Of a stretch of 64,000 nucleotides of DNA, positions 38,858-49,681 are shown piece by piece. A program made the position numbers and the translations under genes. How positions within the stretch are numbered: the first letter of the stretch is position 1; each line of letters opens with the position of its first letter. The notes below the pieces were generated by a model. That model did no database searches, had not been told where the DNA came from, and saw only the letters and a program-made list of their open reading frames with translations. Source of the DNA: an uncultured Clostridium sp. Its GTDB lineage: Bacteria; Bacillota; Clostridia; TANB77; CAG-508. The stretch is taken from the NCBI GenBank assembly GCA_947572725.1, contig CANPDB010000003.1, positions 2,296 through 66,295 of the forward strand, read 5' to 3'.

Positions 38858-39219
38858 TATTCTATACTAAATTGTAAACAATAATATTTTATAAATAATT
38901 ACTTGAGTTAGAGGTTTGTAAATTAAATGCAAACTTCTTAATTATTACCTATAATGTTACAATCCATAGTTTATATAAATTTGTGTATAAAATCAATAAC
39001 AATGAATTGTAAAAAATATAAATTGCTAGAATAACACAGAAGATAAAAATGGGAGATAAAGCGAAAAAAAGAGAGATAATCAATAAAAAAGAAACAAAAC
39101 ATACAAAAATTGGCCTTTTTAATCTTTGCAAAAAAACAAATATTACAATAATATTACAATAACATTACAAATATTTCAAACATACAAGAGAATTAATAAT
39201 AGTACAAAGGAGCCTAAAA

Positions 39220-40239
39220 ATGTTTAAAAAAGTAATGATACATATGAGAAAGGGAATTAAATTTATAATTATCTTTATGATTGCAACATTTTTAATAATT
39301 GGTGCAGTAACATTTTTATATAAACCTATATATAGTGTACATATTAATGGTGAACAAATTGGCTATACTGAAAACAAAGCAGAATTACAACATAAAATAA
39401 ATGATTATATAGAAAATGGAGAGGGAAAAGAAAACACCGCATTTGTACAAGTAGAAAATCTTCCAGAATATAAATTATGTTTATTGAAAAAAGATATTGT
39501 AACAGATGATGATAAAATTTTTAATGAAATAAAAGACCATGGAGTGACATATTATAGATATTATGCTATTACAGAAAATCAAGAAGAAAAGTTATATGTT
39601 GCTAATTTTGAAGAGGCAGAAAATATAGTTAATGCTTTAAGACAGAAAAATAGTAGCAATATAGACAGTATTTCAATTATAGAAAAATATGAGCCAGATA
39701 TGCAAGACTTGATTTCAACAGAGCAAGCAATATCAAAATTATATGTAGAAACACCAGAAGCAATACAAATGGCAAAAACCTCAACAAATGCTACAATAAA
39801 TTATAGCACAACAGGAAGTGTAAATACATCACTAGCAACATCTAAAGCAAAGGTAAATTTAGGGATCTCATTAAAAAAGCCTATATCAGGAACAATAACA
39901 TCAAGATTTGGAGCTGGAAGTTCAATTAGAAGATCATCTCATACTGGATTAGATATAGCAGCTTCAACAGGAACACCTATATCTGCAGCAGCATCAGGTG
40001 TAGTTACATTCTCTGGATATAAAGGATCTTATGGAAATATGATTGTTATATCTCATGGAAATGGAATACAAACATACTATGGACATTGTAGTAAATTATA
40101 TGTGTCAGCTGGAACTCAAGTTTCTCAAGGTCAAAAAATTGGAGCAGTTGGTTCAACAGGAAATTCGACAGGACCACATTTACATTTAGAAGTAAGAGTT
40201 AATGGAGTAGCACATAATCCTCAAAATTATATATATTAA
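39220..40239 (+). CDS. M23 family metallopeptidase (LytM domain), membrane-anchored
   Basis: N-terminal TM. C-terminal M23 motifs HTGLDIAA and GNMIVISHGNGIQTYYGHC plus the HLH of PHLHLEV. Confidence 0.75.
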   Translation: MFKKVMIHMRKGIKFIIIFMIATFLIIGAVTFLYKPIYSVHINGEQIGYTENKAELQHKINDYIENGEGKENTAFVQVENLPEYKLCLLKKDIVTDDDKIFNEIKDHGVTYYRYYAITENQEEKLYVANFEEAENIVNALRQKNSSNIDSISIIEKYEPDMQDLISTEQAISKLYVETPEAIQMAKTSTNATINYSTTGSVNTSLATSKAKVNLGISLKKPISGTITSRFGAGSSIRRSSHTGLDIAASTGTPISAAASGVVTFSGYKGSYGNMIVISHGNGIQTYYGHCSKLYVSAGTQVSQGQKIGAVGSTGNSTGPHLHLEVRVNGVAHNPQNYIY

Positions 40240-40264
40240 TTATAAATAACATATTAACTTTTTT

Positions 40265-40317
40265 GAAGTGTACCACTAAATGTTAGATAAAAATCTAATG
40301 TTTAGTGGTACACTTTT
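40265..40317 (+). terminator. long hairpin / intrinsic terminator
   Basis: GAAGTGTACCACTAAATGTTA...TAATGTTTAGTGGTACACTTTT. Confidence 0.55.
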
Positions 40318-40560
40318 ATATATTATGACAATAAATGTATAAATGTAATATAAAACTAAAGTAAACGTAATATATGAAATGATATTGGCGAAATCCTTAT
40401 ATCCTTAGGAAAGCAAAAGATATGAATTTTATATCTAATAATATGCATATTGACATTGAACTAAAAAGAAGATTAAATAGAATTAGGAAATTAAAATATA
40501 CCGAGATAAATTATGTTTAAAATAGTTCAAAATAAGAGGAATTTTTTAGGAGGAAAGATT

Positions 40561-43500
40561 ATGGAGGAAAAACGAAAGAAAAAAATTGTTGGAGTAGCAG
40601 TTATAAGTGGTGTAATATTAGTTAGTGTTACAGTGGGAACTATTAGATTAGCTGCAAAGAGAGATGAAACAGAGATAAAAACATATGCTACAACAAACAT
40701 AGCAAACTACAATTCAACTCCAACTCAAACTATTGATGGAATAAGATACAATTTAGATGCAAGTAATAAAACTGCAACTGCAATGTATCCAGATAATATT
40801 AGTGCAATAGCTCAAATGCCAAGCGATGCTTCATTAAATGGAGTAATAGGATATAGTAATAGTTCTGGAGTGTGGATAGATATACCACAAGTTGTTACAT
40901 ATAATAATACTGAATATACAGTAACTGCTATCGGAGAAGGAGTACAAAGTTTTATATCAACACCATTAGCATCTCTTATAAGCTCAGTTTCAAATAAAAA
41001 TTTATCAATAATACTACCAAGAACTGTAAGAAATGTAAGTGCAAGTGCATTTGTTTTAAGTAGTGGAACATCTGCGATGGATAGTATAAAAATTATTAAC
41101 TTATCTAATGAAACAACATATGGAAGTTATCAATTATCTTCAAAAATAAAATTTTATGCTGTTCCTGGAAGCGGAATAGAAAAATTAACTACGCAAGCAA
41201 CTAGCTTATATAGTTATACTAAATCAGGAAGTAATGGTAATATTACAATAACTGGATTTAATAATGGAGTATTTGATAACATACCAACACTTGCAAAAGT
41301 AAATATACAACTTCCAGATTTTATATATGAGAATGGAAGTTCTACTCAAAAAGGAATTAAATTCACAGTAAACAAAATATCTAGTTATGCATTCAATGAT
41401 AATGATAGATTAAAAAACATAATAATTCCCGCTAATATAAAAAGTATTGAAACAGAAGCATTTGGAAATTGTGATAATGTAGAAATAGTTAAATTTTTAG
41501 GAAAAGATAAGAATATAAGTGACAATGCATTTTTAAGAACAAATCCATCTAATGTATATTACATTGGAAATGGAACAGTAGGAGATTATGTCTCTAGGTA
41601 TATGTCAACAGTAAGCAAAACTCCTATGAGCTTAAATTCTTTCGAAGTAATGCAATCACCAACTAGGACAAGTTATCAAAGAGGAGAAAGTTATGATGGT
41701 AGAGGTGGAATATACAAGTTAGTATATACTGGAACAGATGGAAATATTAATACTTGTTATTTAGCAGGAGAATCCAGTGATATTACATATTCTCCAAGTA
41801 CGTTTAATACGACAGGAACACAATATGTTTCAGCAACATATGAAGGAAAGACTATTGGCAATTTAGTAGCAATTGTAAGTGATACATCGCAATCTCATGT
41901 GACGATACAAACAAATCAAAATATTACTATAGAAGTAGGAAAAACTCAAGAAATTACTCCATCAGTAATTGGTGCATCAGACACTAGATTGGATTGGAGT
42001 AGCGGAAATCCTAACATTTTAAGTGTAAGTGGAGGAGATAATTCAGCATCTATAACAGGACTGAATACTGGGACAACTACTTTAACTATACGATTACGTA
42101 GCGATAGCAATACATATATTATATGTAAGGTAACAGTAGTGGATATAGAAGGAAAAACTATAAAGATGAACCAAAAGAATGTAATACTTGATGCTGGTGA
42201 ACAAAGGCGATTAAGCTGTACCACAGAACCAAGTGATGCTACAGTTACATGGGAAATATATGATAAAGATAAAAAAACAACAATAGATTCTGCAGGATTA
42301 TTAACAGCGGGTAATGAATACGAAGATGGAGTAGTTAATGCGATAATAAATAAAGATGATTTCGATAAATATGCTACTGATACTTGTAAATATTTTGTGG
42401 GTAGCAGATTGCGAATGTTTAAAAATATATCAAAAACGGAAGATATGTTTAATCAAGAAAGGATAGTTAATAGAACAGGAACACTAACAACAGATGTACC
42501 AACAAGGGAAGGATATAAATTTAAAGGTTGGGCATTAGGAAAAGATAAAAACAAAAAAGTTGTAGGACCAGGGGAAAGATATAATTTTTCAAAAGATGAT
42601 ATAAATATTATAGGAGGATCATTTGCAGCTATAGATTTATATGCTATATGGCAAAATGTAGAATTAGACAATAATACATATACTATGGAAATTGGAAAAA
42701 CAGCTCAAGTAAATGCAAAAGTATTAGTGAATGAAATACAAAATACAAATGAAAGAGTAACTTATGAAATTGCTAATACAGATATAGCTACAATAAATAG
42801 CAATGGCTTAATAACTGGTAAAAAAGCTGGAACAACAACTGTAAAGGTAAAAGATACCTTAGGTAATGAAGTAATAGCAAAAGTACGAGTAGATGAGCCA
42901 ACAGTAACAAGAATAGCAATAACAGCACCAACAAAAAAAGAATACCTTAAAGGAGAATCATTAAATCTTGAAGGTGGAAAAATAAAAGTATTTTATAGCA
43001 ATGATACAGAAAAAGAAATACCATTAACAGAAATAAGTGATAAGATATCAGGGTACAATGCAAATATTACAGGAACACAAACAATAACAGTAACATATGA
43101 TGGACAATCCAATACGTTTAATGTAGAAGTTAAAGAACCAATAATTCATGTAAATAATGTTACATTAAATAAAACATCTTTAAATATAGAAGTAGGACAA
43201 ACAGATAAACTAGAAGCAACAATAAATCCAGAGAATGCATCAAATAAGAATGTAGAATATAGTAGTAGTAATCCAGAAATAGTAACAGTAGAACAAGATG
43301 GTACAATAAGAGGAATAAAAGCAGGAACAGCAACAATAACAGTAACAACAGAAGATGGAAATCACACAGCTACATGTAATGTTGCCGTAGAAGTGCCAAT
43401 AATCAGCGTAGAAGGCATTGAAATAACAAATAAGCCTACAACTAATATGAATATAGGCAATGAGTATGAACTAAACTATGAGATAAGACCAGAAAATGCA

Positions 43501-44832
43501 ACAGATAAAAATGTAACTTGGTCATCAACAGATGAAAATGTAGTATATGTAGATAGTAACACAAATAAATTAATTGCTAATGGAGAAGGAACAGCAACAA
43601 TTACAATAACTACTAGAGATGGAAATTATACAGATTCATTTGAGGTTACAGTAAATCCAGAAATAATTCATGTAGACAGTATTACATTAGATAAATCTTC
43701 ATTAGAAATAAAAGTTGAAGAAACATACAAATTAGAAGCTACTATAAACCCAGAGAATGCATCAAACAAGAATATAACATATAGTAGTAGTAACACAGAA
43801 GTAGCAACTGTAGATGAAAATGGAACAGTAACAGGAATATCAAAAGGAACAGCAACAATAACAGTAACAACACAAGATGGAGCTAAAACAGCTACATGTA
43901 ATGTGACTGTTAAAGAAAAGGCAAGACCTGTAATAACCAATGTTGAAGCTAAAATAGAAGATGATATAAACTATATTGTATATATATCTATAACAGATGA
44001 ATCTGGAGTAAAATCTGTAAAAGTTGCAGATGATGATATAACATTAAATAAAACAGATGATGGAAGATATTATTTTAAACCAAATGAAAATGGAACTTAT
44101 ACAATAAAAGTTATAAATAATGATGGAAATTCTATAACATATAATTACGAAGAAAAAGGCTTAAAGGAACAAGCAACAGCAGATGCAATAACAGATTCAC
44201 AATCAAATAACGTAGTTGGAGTATCTCCAAAAACAAATCATAAAGTTAGTAAAATAACAGTTGAAGGAAAAGAAATTAATTTAAGACCAAAAGATGGAAA
44301 ATACTTATTTACAACGGAAAAAAATGGTACATATAATATTGTTATAACTTACGAAGATGGTGAAACTGAAAGATTAGTATATGAAGAAACCAGATTTAAA
44401 ACTAATGGGGATAATGATGACGACAACAAGGATGACGACAACAAGGGAGACAACGACAACAAGGATGACGACAACAAGGGAGACAACGGAAACAAGGATG
44501 ACGACAACAAAGGAGACAACGGAAATAAGGATGATAACAACAAGGGAGACAATGGAAATAAGGGTGATAACAACAAAGGAGACAATGATAATAAAGGTAA
44601 CAATAGTGTAAACAATGGAAATAGTAGCAACAATAATAGTAGTAATGGAAGCAACAATAGTGGAAATAAAATTAGCAATAATAGTAGTAATAGTGCAAAG
44701 ACAGGAACAAAAACAGATACAAGTACAGCATTAAAAACATTACCTAAAACAGGTACTATAATAAGTCAAGTATTAGCAACAATTACAGGTGTGGCTACAG
44801 CGATAATAGCATGGTTTAAAATGAAAAAATAA
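40561..44832 (+). CDS. LPXTG-anchored surface protein with multiple Big_2 (bacterial Ig-like) domains
   Basis: Signal peptide, repeated Big_2-like modules (ATINPENASNKN...TATITVTTEDG), a low-complexity D/N/K/G-rich stalk, and C-terminal LPKTG plus hydrophobic segment plus KMKK. Confidence 0.8.
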   Translation: MEEKRKKKIVGVAVISGVILVSVTVGTIRLAAKRDETEIKTYATTNIANYNSTPTQTIDGIRYNLDASNKTATAMYPDNISAIAQMPSDASLNGVIGYSNSSGVWIDIPQVVTYNNTEYTVTAIGEGVQSFISTPLASLISSVSNKNLSIILPRTVRNVSASAFVLSSGTSAMDSIKIINLSNETTYGSYQLSSKIKFYAVPGSGIEKLTTQATSLYSYTKSGSNGNITITGFNNGVFDNIPTLAKVNIQLPDFIYENGSSTQKGIKFTVNKISSYAFNDNDRLKNIIIPANIKSIETEAFGNCDNVEIVKFLGKDKNISDNAFLRTNPSNVYYIGNGTVGDYVSRYMSTVSKTPMSLNSFEVMQSPTRTSYQRGESYDGRGGIYKLVYTGTDGNINTCYLAGESSDITYSPSTFNTTGTQYVSATYEGKTIGNLVAIVSDTSQSHVTIQTNQNITIEVGKTQEITPSVIGASDTRLDWSSGNPNILSVSGGDNSASITGLNTGTTTLTIRLRSDSNTYIICKVTVVDIEGKTIKMNQKNVILDAGEQRRLSCTTEPSDATVTWEIYDKDKKTTIDSAGLLTAGNEYEDGVVNAIINKDDFDKYATDTCKYFVGSRLRMFKNISKTEDMFNQERIVNRTGTLTTDVPTREGYKFKGWALGKDKNKKVVGPGERYNFSKDDINIIGGSFAAIDLYAIWQNVELDNNTYTMEIGKTAQVNAKVLVNEIQNTNERVTYEIANTDIATINSNGLITGKKAGTTTVKVKDTLGNEVIAKVRVDEPTVTRIAITAPTKKEYLKGESLNLEGGKIKVFYSNDTEKEIPLTEISDKISGYNANITGTQTITVTYDGQSNTFNVEVKEPIIHVNNVTLNKTSLNIEVGQTDKLEATINPENASNKNVEYSSSNPEIVTVEQDGTIRGIKAGTATITVTTEDGNHTATCNVAVEVPIISVEGIEITNKPTTNMNIGNEYELNYEIRPENATDKNVTWSSTDENVVYVDSNTNKLIANGEGTATITITTRDGNYTDSFEVTVNPEIIHVDSITLDKSSLEIKVEETYKLEATINPENASNKNITYSSSNTEVATVDENGTVTGISKGTATITVTTQDGAKTATCNVTVKEKARPVITNVEAKIEDDINYIVYISITDESGVKSVKVADDDITLNKTDDGRYYFKPNENGTYTIKVINNDGNSITYNYEEKGLKEQATADAITDSQSNNVVGVSPKTNHKVSKITVEGKEINLRPKDGKYLFTTEKNGTYNIVITYEDGETERLVYEETRFKTNGDNDDDNKDDDNKGDNDNKDDDNKGDNGNKDDDNKGDNGNKDDNNKGDNGNKGDNNKGDNDNKGNNSVNNGNSSNNNSSNGSNNSGNKISNNSSNSAKTGTKTDTSTALKTLPKTGTIISQVLATITGVATAIIAWFKMKK
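44410..44600 (+). repeat. tandem 30-bp coding repeats (DDDNKGDNGNK) within the adhesin gene
   Basis: About six tandem units of GATGACGACAACAAGGGAGACAACGGAAACAAG with minor variation. Confidence 0.7.
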
Positions 44833-44844
44833 TTAAACAATAAA

Positions 44845-44872
44845 AAACAAGTCTTTATAGACTTGTTTTTTA
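44845..44872 (+). terminator. intrinsic terminator
   Basis: AACAAGTC-TTTATA-GACTTGTTTTTTAT. Confidence 0.6.
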
Positions 44873-45058
44873 TATATTAAAAAGTCATACTGACTTTCTA
44901 ATATATAAAACCCATTGCACACAAATTTATTACATAAATTTGGCGCACGAACAAATTTACGGAAAGCCAAAGGATAAAGTTAAAGTTATGCTAATATTAA
45001 GGCTTTCCGATTTGTTCTTGTAATATTAAGGTTTAATCATATATGTTATCATATGTAA

Positions 45059-45703
45059 TTAAACAAAATACTTTATTCCTGTATCAATAGCATTCTTTTT
45101 GATAATTACTTTACCATATTCAAGAAGTTTATTTTCAAAACTCTTTGAGGGAGATAACAATTTTCCAAATTCTGATGCTATAGAATAGAATGCATTAACA
45201 GATTCATATTTTATATTAATATTTTTAACTACTAAATAGTATGTATTATTATACAAAAATAAAGAAATGTTTTTGGAAAATTTTTTAATATCAAATTTTC
45301 CTGTATTGTTAATACAACTACAGAAATTACAAAATTCTTCAAAAGAATTAAATGAATATATTATATGTTTACTAGAAAAATTAATTGATTTTCTTTTAAC
45401 ATTAATCTTTTTCTTTTTTAGTGTATCTAAAGAGTTATTACAATTAGATAAATCTTTTGGCTGATATTTTGTTATAGTAAAAACTAGAACTTCATCGGTA
45501 GATGAAAAAGCTTCAATTAAAAGTTTGTATCCATCTATATTAAAATTAAGTTCTTCTTCTGCTCTTTCTAAAATTTCAAGAAATAAATTCTGTGTTTCTA
45601 CAGAACGATTCATTATAGCGTTAAAATCTATATTGTTCTTGTCTAAATCATCATTATTTACGATAACGCGTATTTTATTTTCTGTAAGCTTTTCAATTTT
45701 CAT
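45059..45703 (-). CDS. mecA: adaptor protein MecA
   Basis: N-terminal MKIEKLTENKIRV...DLDKNNI is typical of MecA; about 214 aa. Confidence 0.65.
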   Translation of the reverse strand: MKIEKLTENKIRVIVNNDDLDKNNIDFNAIMNRSVETQNLFLEILERAEEELNFNIDGYKLLIEAFSSTDEVLVFTITKYQPKDLSNCNNSLDTLKKKKINVKRKSINFSSKHIIYSFNSFEEFCNFCSCINNTGKFDIKKFSKNISLFLYNNTYYLVVKNINIKYESVNAFYSIASEFGKLLSPSKSFENKLLEYGKVIIKKNAIDTGIKYFV

Positions 45704-45958
45704 AAAAAAAGTTGCCTCCTTCTATAGTACTAATTATATTATACTACTATTATCATTATATTTAAATGCACAATTTTTGGTAATAGATTTATGAAAAATA
45801 TCTATGATACTATAGCATAGTTAAAAACATAATGCAATAGCAATATTGTAAAAATTTATTAAATTCTCTTGAAAAAAATGCTAATACAGGGTATAATATC
45901 CATATGCGATAAAGAAGAAATATCCGTAGAAGAAAATGTAATTTTAGGAGGGTACAAA

Positions 45959-46216
45959 ATGGCAACAAAAGAGAAAAACATATGGATACTATTAGTATTT
46001 ATTTTATCAGGTTTAGTAGTAGGGGGACTATTAGGAGAACTAGCATCAAAAGTAAACTGGCTTTGGTGGTTATCATATAATCAAAGCTTTGGATTAGAAA
46101 ATCCAATCACTTTAAACTTAAGTGTTGTAACAGTTACATTTGCAATGATGTTTAAAATAAGTATTTCAAGTATTATAGGAATGGTACTAGCTATTTTTAT
46201 TTACAAGAAAATATAA
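45959..46216 (+). CDS. small membrane protein (DUF4321-like)
   Basis: Two TM helices; RBS GGAGGG; conserved position upstream of radC in Clostridia. Confidence 0.5.
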   Translation: MATKEKNIWILLVFILSGLVVGGLLGELASKVNWLWWLSYNQSFGLENPITLNLSVVTVTFAMMFKISISSIIGMVLAIFIYKKI

Positions 46217-46273
46217 TTTAAAACAAATAGGGCAAAATAGGGGGAATATAACAAAAAAGAAAGGACTGATATT

Positions 46274-46969
46274 TTGTCTATCAAAATCAAAGAATTACCA
46301 GAATCAGAAAGACCATATGAAAAATTAGAATTATATGGAGAACAAAACTTATCAAATGCAGAATTATTGGCTATAATTATAAAGTCAGGAACGAAAAACG
46401 AAACATCTGTGCAAATAGCACAAAAAATATTAAATTTAAATGATACAAAAATAGATAATCTAAACTTTTTACAGAACTTATCGCTACAAGAATTAATGCA
46501 AATTAAAGGAATTGGAAAAGTGAAGGCAATTCAACTAAAAGCGGTATGTGAATTAAGTCTTAGAATGTCAAAACCATCTAATTATAAAAAAATAGTAGTA
46601 AAAGAACCATATGACTTAGCAAAAATTTTAATGAGTGAATTTAGATTTGAAAAAAGAGAAATAGCAAAAATAGTTGTTTTAAACAATAAAAATCAAATTC
46701 TAAAAATAAAGGATATTGCTTATGGAGGTAGCAATTTTGCTAATGTATCTATTAAAGATATTTTGGTAGAGCCAATTACAATGAAAGCACCAAAAATTAT
46801 ATTAGTGCATAACCATCCAAGTGGCGATTCTACGCCAAGTGAGCAAGATATTCAATTTACAAATAGAGTATTTGAAAGTGCAGAGACATTTGATATACAA
46901 TTAATAGACCATTTAGTAATTGGGGATATGAACTACACAAGTATTTTTTCTCAAATGTTCTCTGATTAA
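46274..46969 (+). CDS. radC: RadC-like JAB domain protein
   Basis: N-terminal ELPESERPYEKL and HhH region; C-terminal JAMM motif HNHPSGDSTPSEQD. Confidence 0.8.
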   Translation: MSIKIKELPESERPYEKLELYGEQNLSNAELLAIIIKSGTKNETSVQIAQKILNLNDTKIDNLNFLQNLSLQELMQIKGIGKVKAIQLKAVCELSLRMSKPSNYKKIVVKEPYDLAKILMSEFRFEKREIAKIVVLNNKNQILKIKDIAYGGSNFANVSIKDILVEPITMKAPKIILVHNHPSGDSTPSEQDIQFTNRVFESAETFDIQLIDHLVIGDMNYTSIFSQMFSD

Positions 46970-46975
46970 ACATAA

Positions 46976-48035
<1,060 letters not shown>

Positions 48036-48052
48036 AAAGTTAGGAGTAAGAA

Positions 48053-48868
48053 ATGTATAAAAACAAAAAAAGTGGAATAATAGGCATTATTATAACAATT
48101 ATAATACTAATATTAATTGTAATTTTTTCAAATGGTGAAAATGGTTCATCATTTTTAGAAAATGCTGCAAGCAATTTAATTATGCCAATACAAAACGGAC
48201 TAACTTATTTAAAAAATAAAATAGGTGGAAATGATACATTTTTTACAGACATTAACAATCTAAAACAAGAAAATAAAAGACTAAAAGAAAAAAATAGTGA
48301 ATTGGAGCAATCATTAAGAGAACTAGAAAATATAAAAACACAAAATGAAACCTTAAAAGAATATTTAGACTTAGCTGAAAAATATGGAGAATACAAAACA
48401 ATACCAGGATATATAATAAATAAAGATATTAGTAATTATTCTAAAACAATTGTTATCAATATAGGTAAAAAAGATGGAGTAGAAAAAGACATGACAGTTA
48501 TAGGCAATGAGGGATTAGTAGGACATATTATATCTGTTACAGATTCTACTGCAAAAGTACAAACGATTATTGATACAGCAAGTTCTGTTAGTTCTATGAT
48601 GAGTACTACTAAAGACAGTATTGTATGCAAAGGAACATTAGATAATTCATCTATATTGAAAGCAATGTATATTCCTACAGATGCAAACATTATACAAGGT
48701 GATAGTATAGAAACATCTGGATTGGGAGGAATATATCCAAAGGGAATTCATATAGGCACAATTAAAAAAGTAACGAATACTCTAAATATGACAGATAGAT
48801 ATGCTGAAGTTGAAACAGCAATTGATTTCGAAAAGCTCAATACAGTTTTGGTTATTACTAACAAGTAG
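48053..48868 (+). CDS. mreC: rod shape-determining protein MreC
   Basis: N-terminal TM, coiled-coil and C-terminal beta domain; position after mreB. Confidence 0.8.
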   Translation: MYKNKKSGIIGIIITIIILILIVIFSNGENGSSFLENAASNLIMPIQNGLTYLKNKIGGNDTFFTDINNLKQENKRLKEKNSELEQSLRELENIKTQNETLKEYLDLAEKYGEYKTIPGYIINKDISNYSKTIVINIGKKDGVEKDMTVIGNEGLVGHIISVTDSTAKVQTIIDTASSVSSMMSTTKDSIVCKGTLDNSSILKAMYIPTDANIIQGDSIETSGLGGIYPKGIHIGTIKKVTNTLNMTDRYAEVETAIDFEKLNTVLVITNK

Positions 48869-48892
48869 AAATTGTAATTCAATCTATTAAAA

Positions 48893-49111
48893 TATTAGCG
48901 CGAATGATGTTATATATTTTATTTTTTGAGTGGTTCCAGGGTGACCGTTTTAGAATATGTTTGAACGAATGTGAAATACATATTCTTAAATGGGGCAACG
49001 AAAAAAAATACAAATATATAACATTATGGGAGCGGAAATTTATAGATTAACTTTAATATGACAAATAGAAGGCGGAAATTTATAGATTAGTTATAAGATA
49101 ACAAATAAAAG
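48893..49111. repeat. inverted degenerate MITE-like copy fused to two 41-bp tandem direct repeats
   Basis: 48893-49034 resembles the reverse complement of the family-1 element (AGCGCGAA..., GGTGACCGTTTTAGAA, AATGGGGCAACG, TGGGAGCGG). Direct repeats GAGCGGAAATTTATAGATTAACTTTAATATGACAAATAGAA and GGCGGAAATTTATAGATTAGTTATAAGATAACAAATAAAAG occupy 49029-49111. Confidence 0.55.
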
Positions 49112-49117
49112 AAAGAG

Positions 49118-49660
49118 GTGAATCAATTGAAAAAGACTATTATTAATATTATTCTTGTTGTAATTGCATTATTTATATACTTTTTACAATCAAACTTTTT
49201 CAATTGGTTTAACATAGCAGGCATTATGCCAAATATGTTTGTTATATTTGTTTTATTTATAGGATTATTTGCAAGTACAAAAATGGGAAGTATTTATGGC
49301 TTAGCACTTGGTTTTATATTGGATTGTGTCATAGGAACAAAAATAGGGATTTATGCAGTATGTTTAGGGATTGTAGGATTTTTATCAGGAACATTTGATA
49401 AAAATTTTTCTAAAGATAGTAGAATGACAATTATGCTAATGGTATTAGGAAGTACAATAGTTTTTGAAGTAATTAAATATATATTAAATTATTTCTTTAT
49501 TTCATCAAATGTTGAAATATTTAATTTTATAAAGATATTAATAATAGAAACTTTATACAATATTATTTTAACAATTATTTTATATCCAATATTCAGAAAA
49601 TTTGGATATTATATAGAAAATGAATATAAAGGGAATACAGTATTAACACGATATTTTTAA
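49118..49660 (+). CDS. mreD: rod shape-determining protein MreD
   Basis: Polytopic small membrane protein after mreC; start ambiguous (GTG 49118 or TTG 49127). Confidence 0.6.
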   Translation: MNQLKKTIINIILVVIALFIYFLQSNFFNWFNIAGIMPNMFVIFVLFIGLFASTKMGSIYGLALGFILDCVIGTKIGIYAVCLGIVGFLSGTFDKNFSKDSRMTIMLMVLGSTIVFEVIKYILNYFFISSNVEIFNFIKILIIETLYNIILTIILYPIFRKFGYYIENEYKGNTVLTRYF

Positions 49661-49681
49661 TATAGAAAAGAAGGTGAAAGT

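Noticed and set aside
44349-44678. Alternative-frame and antisense ORFs (44381-44611 plus strand, 44349-44678 minus strand) and a CRISPR-like appearance of the 30-bp tandem repeats
   Set aside because: The repeats are in-frame coding repeats (DDDNKGDNGNK) of the LPXTG adhesin with no unique spacers. The other ORFs are low-complexity frame artefacts.
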